A stretch of DNA of 50,370 nucleotides, counting the filler, from Catajapyx aquilonaris (taxonomy: Eukaryota), in NCBI GenBank assembly GCA_000934665.2. It is 3 parts of 3 records of this genome, joined end to end, with 100 filler letters (N's around TTAATTAATTAA, not from the genome) between each part and the next. Parts side by side here need not be neighbours in the genome. Positions count along the whole stretch, not along the records: positions 33,662 to 50,370 come from JYFJ02007127.1; 2 more parts are not named here. One strand, given 5' to 3'. The position numbers and the translations under genes are program-made. Below the pieces are notes generated by a model. It was not told where the DNA came from. It searched no databases and saw nothing but the letters and a program-made list of their open reading frames with translations. This document shows positions 47,701 to 50,370 of the stretch, piece after piece; position 1 is the first letter of the stretch; each line of letters opens with the position of its first letter.

Positions 47701-48114
47701 TCACCGGTAGGTATATGACGAGGCTGAAGGCTCATCTACCAGCGACAAGTAACTTCGAGACGTCGTCCACCTGCTGTCAACCCACAGCAGAGAGCCTGTA
47801 CAAACAGTGTCATGCAGCTAGAAGGGCTGCCACAAGTTCGTCACGTGACCTGGACCCCAGAGTGGCACATTGTCTTTTTAAACGTGCTTAATAACATGCA
47901 TTCAACACTCCGATTACTCAACTTTCTGCAGTGGGACTGCAGTATCAAGTTTCATTTCAGTTAATGCTCGTCATATGTTTTACTAGGTAGCTTTTGCATG
48001 CGAAAATATTTACAAAAATGTGTACAACAAAACATTTTTCGTTATTATTTTTAACACAGTGGGTCTAATATACCATGAACAAATAGTAGCTTGGTGGTCT
48101 CACAGTCAGTGTTA

Positions 48115-48628
48115 AGGCGGGTTCACACTAGCTGACGGGAGCACACGAAACGAACGAAACGGTATGACGGGACGAACGGAAAGAGAGGGGGGGTGTTCAG
48201 ACACAAAAGCGAGTGGCGTGGCTTTAGCCTCCGTATCCCGCAGCGCATGCGCTGTGCTTGAATTCTCGGGGAGGAAGCCCTGCTTCGGACCGGTATCATA
48301 CCCTTATCTTCTCCCATCTCCCGAGGCCCGCTTCCCCTGGGTCTCGACTCCCGACTGATGTCCTTCGTCCTTTCCCCGCCAGAGGCGCTGCCGGCTTTCC
48401 CTTTCACTTTCGCTCGCCACACCCCTGCCGCTTTCCTGGCTCTTCCATTGGTGGATAGGTCCGTAAGCCTACGTATTCCGTATTCCGTGTCCGTCAAAAG
48501 TTGATTTCAACCAACTTTTCCGTTTCGTAATCCCTTTCACTTTTCGTCATCCTCAAGTGGGCTCTGATTGGTCCACTCTTTCGGATCGCTCTTTTCGTAT
48601 GCTCCCGTCAGCTAGTGTGAACCCCCCT
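48115..48628. mobile_element. PIF/Harbinger-type MITE
   Basis: AGGCGGGTTCACACTAGCTGACGGGAGCA ... TGCTCCCGTCAGCTAGTGTGAACCCCCCT with TTA TSD. Confidence 0.9.
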
Positions 48629-48749
48629 TTATACTCTCGTATAAGATAGAGCGGAGTGTGACTTTCAAAATTGTTATCACAGTAAAAATACTGTAAAGGT
48701 ACTATCAATATGAAATGCATGCCTACGCTGTACATCTCAGGATCTCACG

Positions 48750-50370
48750 ATCAACATCTACTAGCGGCTTAATCAATTTGGAGCGTTTTCAACAGGTGTT
48801 GACGTGAGACCAACTAACAAAGAACCAGGCAAAAAATAATCTCCCCAATAAAGGCTCAATAAAGTAAAGCCTCCTCTTCTATACCGGATGTTTCGTACTA
48901 GTGGGGCATCCCCGCGCCACCAGCGTAATCGTTGGCTCAATATAAGTCGAAATGAACTGTACAGGGGTGTGGATACTGTGGAATGACGAGAGGCCAACCA
49001 ATGAGGTAGACTAGTCGACATACTCGCCTACCCCTACAGACACATTCGACAACCCACACTGCAGCCACAGGCAAGCAGAACATCCGGTTAGCATGCAGTA
49101 GTTGCCTAGTGAGCAGGATATCAGCGTACTTTTGCAAGGTAATTTGACTAATTCCATAGTCTTCATACACAGTAACCATATCCTGCTCCCTAGGCAACCA
49201 CTGCTTGTTCACGGGCTGTTCGCTGCAATGTGGGTTGTCGTATGTGTCCAGGTGCAACCAAACAGGTTGGTGCTAGGTCTAATAGGTCGTTGTTAACCTG
49301 TTGCATTATTGGACCACGACCACGATCCTGAGTGACCTCTCGGGAGTCGTGACCTACAGAGGTCAGTCCTCACAATATCATCAGCAGTCTCGTAACACAC
49401 TATACGCATGCTATACACGACACCACGCCTTTCCCCCATTTCTTTTCTCCAATCCCCCTCTGATGTGATCGACCATAGTTTCAAACTTAATTCCAGCTTC
49501 CAATTTGGCGCTGAGTGCAAATACGCCCGTCAAGTGCACCCGAAACTTAATTGGGGGCTAACGAGAGGAAGATTGCCTCTTTATTCCTCCACATTGAACT
49601 CGCTGTAGGTGTCATTAACACATGCACGGGATTATCATCGATTAGAACTTCGCACCTAGCTCCCGCAGGACTCAACCATACATGCACCACATTCGCGACT
49701 CTTAATCGTCTCGCGGCACTGCGGAAAGAAATTTCATTCGAACCGCTGGATATGAAAACTGCGGTTGGAAATAGAGCAATATTCCCCGGGCGCCGTATTC
49801 AAACCCCACTTTATTGGACTTAGAAATGTGCGACATTATTTCATGGCATACCGAGAGGTTTCAGATATATTACTAAAGTTTTGGCGTTGTTACAGGAGTC
49901 CAGGAATAAAAGTAATAGTTTCCGGCCTTACAGAACTCTCAGCGGATGGGTTCTTTGACTTTTGGCGACGGCCCAGACAGACGCAACAACACACACTTTC
50001 ATTATTATATTCAGTGGATATAACCCCCCCCAAAAGAAGGATGAAAGACGCTTGCATCATATTGAATGAGCAGCAGTCGCTCAACGTTCTAACCCAAGTC
50101 GCTTTATGTGTTGTAGTTTGTTTCAACAGTTCAGACGTGCAACGGGATTGATTCAAGCTGGATTCTCGGATGTGTCCGATAAATTGAGACAGTAGCACAA
50201 TACGGGCTGACTTCACTCCTAATTTTCGACACCCACCTGTCCGGCACGATTTCATACCTTCCGAAAAAATATATTTTTTTCAACCTTATCTTACCTGAGT
50301 CTATCCACCATACCCTCTGCAGCACTTACTTTTACATCCATATCGTTGATCTCTCCCGAAGTTACAAAGT
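48750..50370 (-). pseudogene. Candidate endogenous totivirus-like element C: decayed capsid C-terminal half and downstream region
   Basis: VRPETITF and AARRLRVANVV peptides, plus GVFALSAKL (about 49527-49501), which matches DGYFALGTNL of element A at both protein and nucleotide level. Confidence 0.45.

Noticed and set aside
49100..49520. Rhabdovirus-like glycoprotein remnant
   Set aside because: The resemblance was limited to a GDW..C pattern. The cysteine framework is absent, and the adjacent sequence matches element A instead.

Overview
Eukaryotic animal DNA, very probably arthropod (gustatory receptors plus a divergent ionotropic receptor). The window is three separate contigs of 16,734, 16,727 and 16,709 bp joined by artificial N44-TTAATTAATTAA-N44 linkers, so adjacency across 16735-16834 and 33562-33661 carries no information. 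Contig 1 holds the 5' half of a YLPM1/ZAP3 gene (minus strand, four coding exons traced, phase-0 junctions), head-to-head with the first exon of a probable mitochondrial-protein gene; its introns are packed with MITEs, foldback elements, a decayed Tc1 element and SINEs. Contig 2 holds a tandem array of four gustatory-receptor genes (two intact, two broken by unusual self-templated scars), Helitron/Helentron and Academ-like debris, and the 3' part of a divergent ionotropic receptor. Contig 3 has no recognisable host gene. By manual translation it carries at least three decayed minus-strand segments whose motif order resembles the totivirus (ScV-L-A-like) Gag capsid. One of them ends in an in-phase G GUU UUU heptamer plus stop. 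This is a candidate same-strand cluster of endogenous dsRNA-virus elements, possibly a piRNA-cluster-like antiviral archive. That call is by eye and needs a profile search to confirm.
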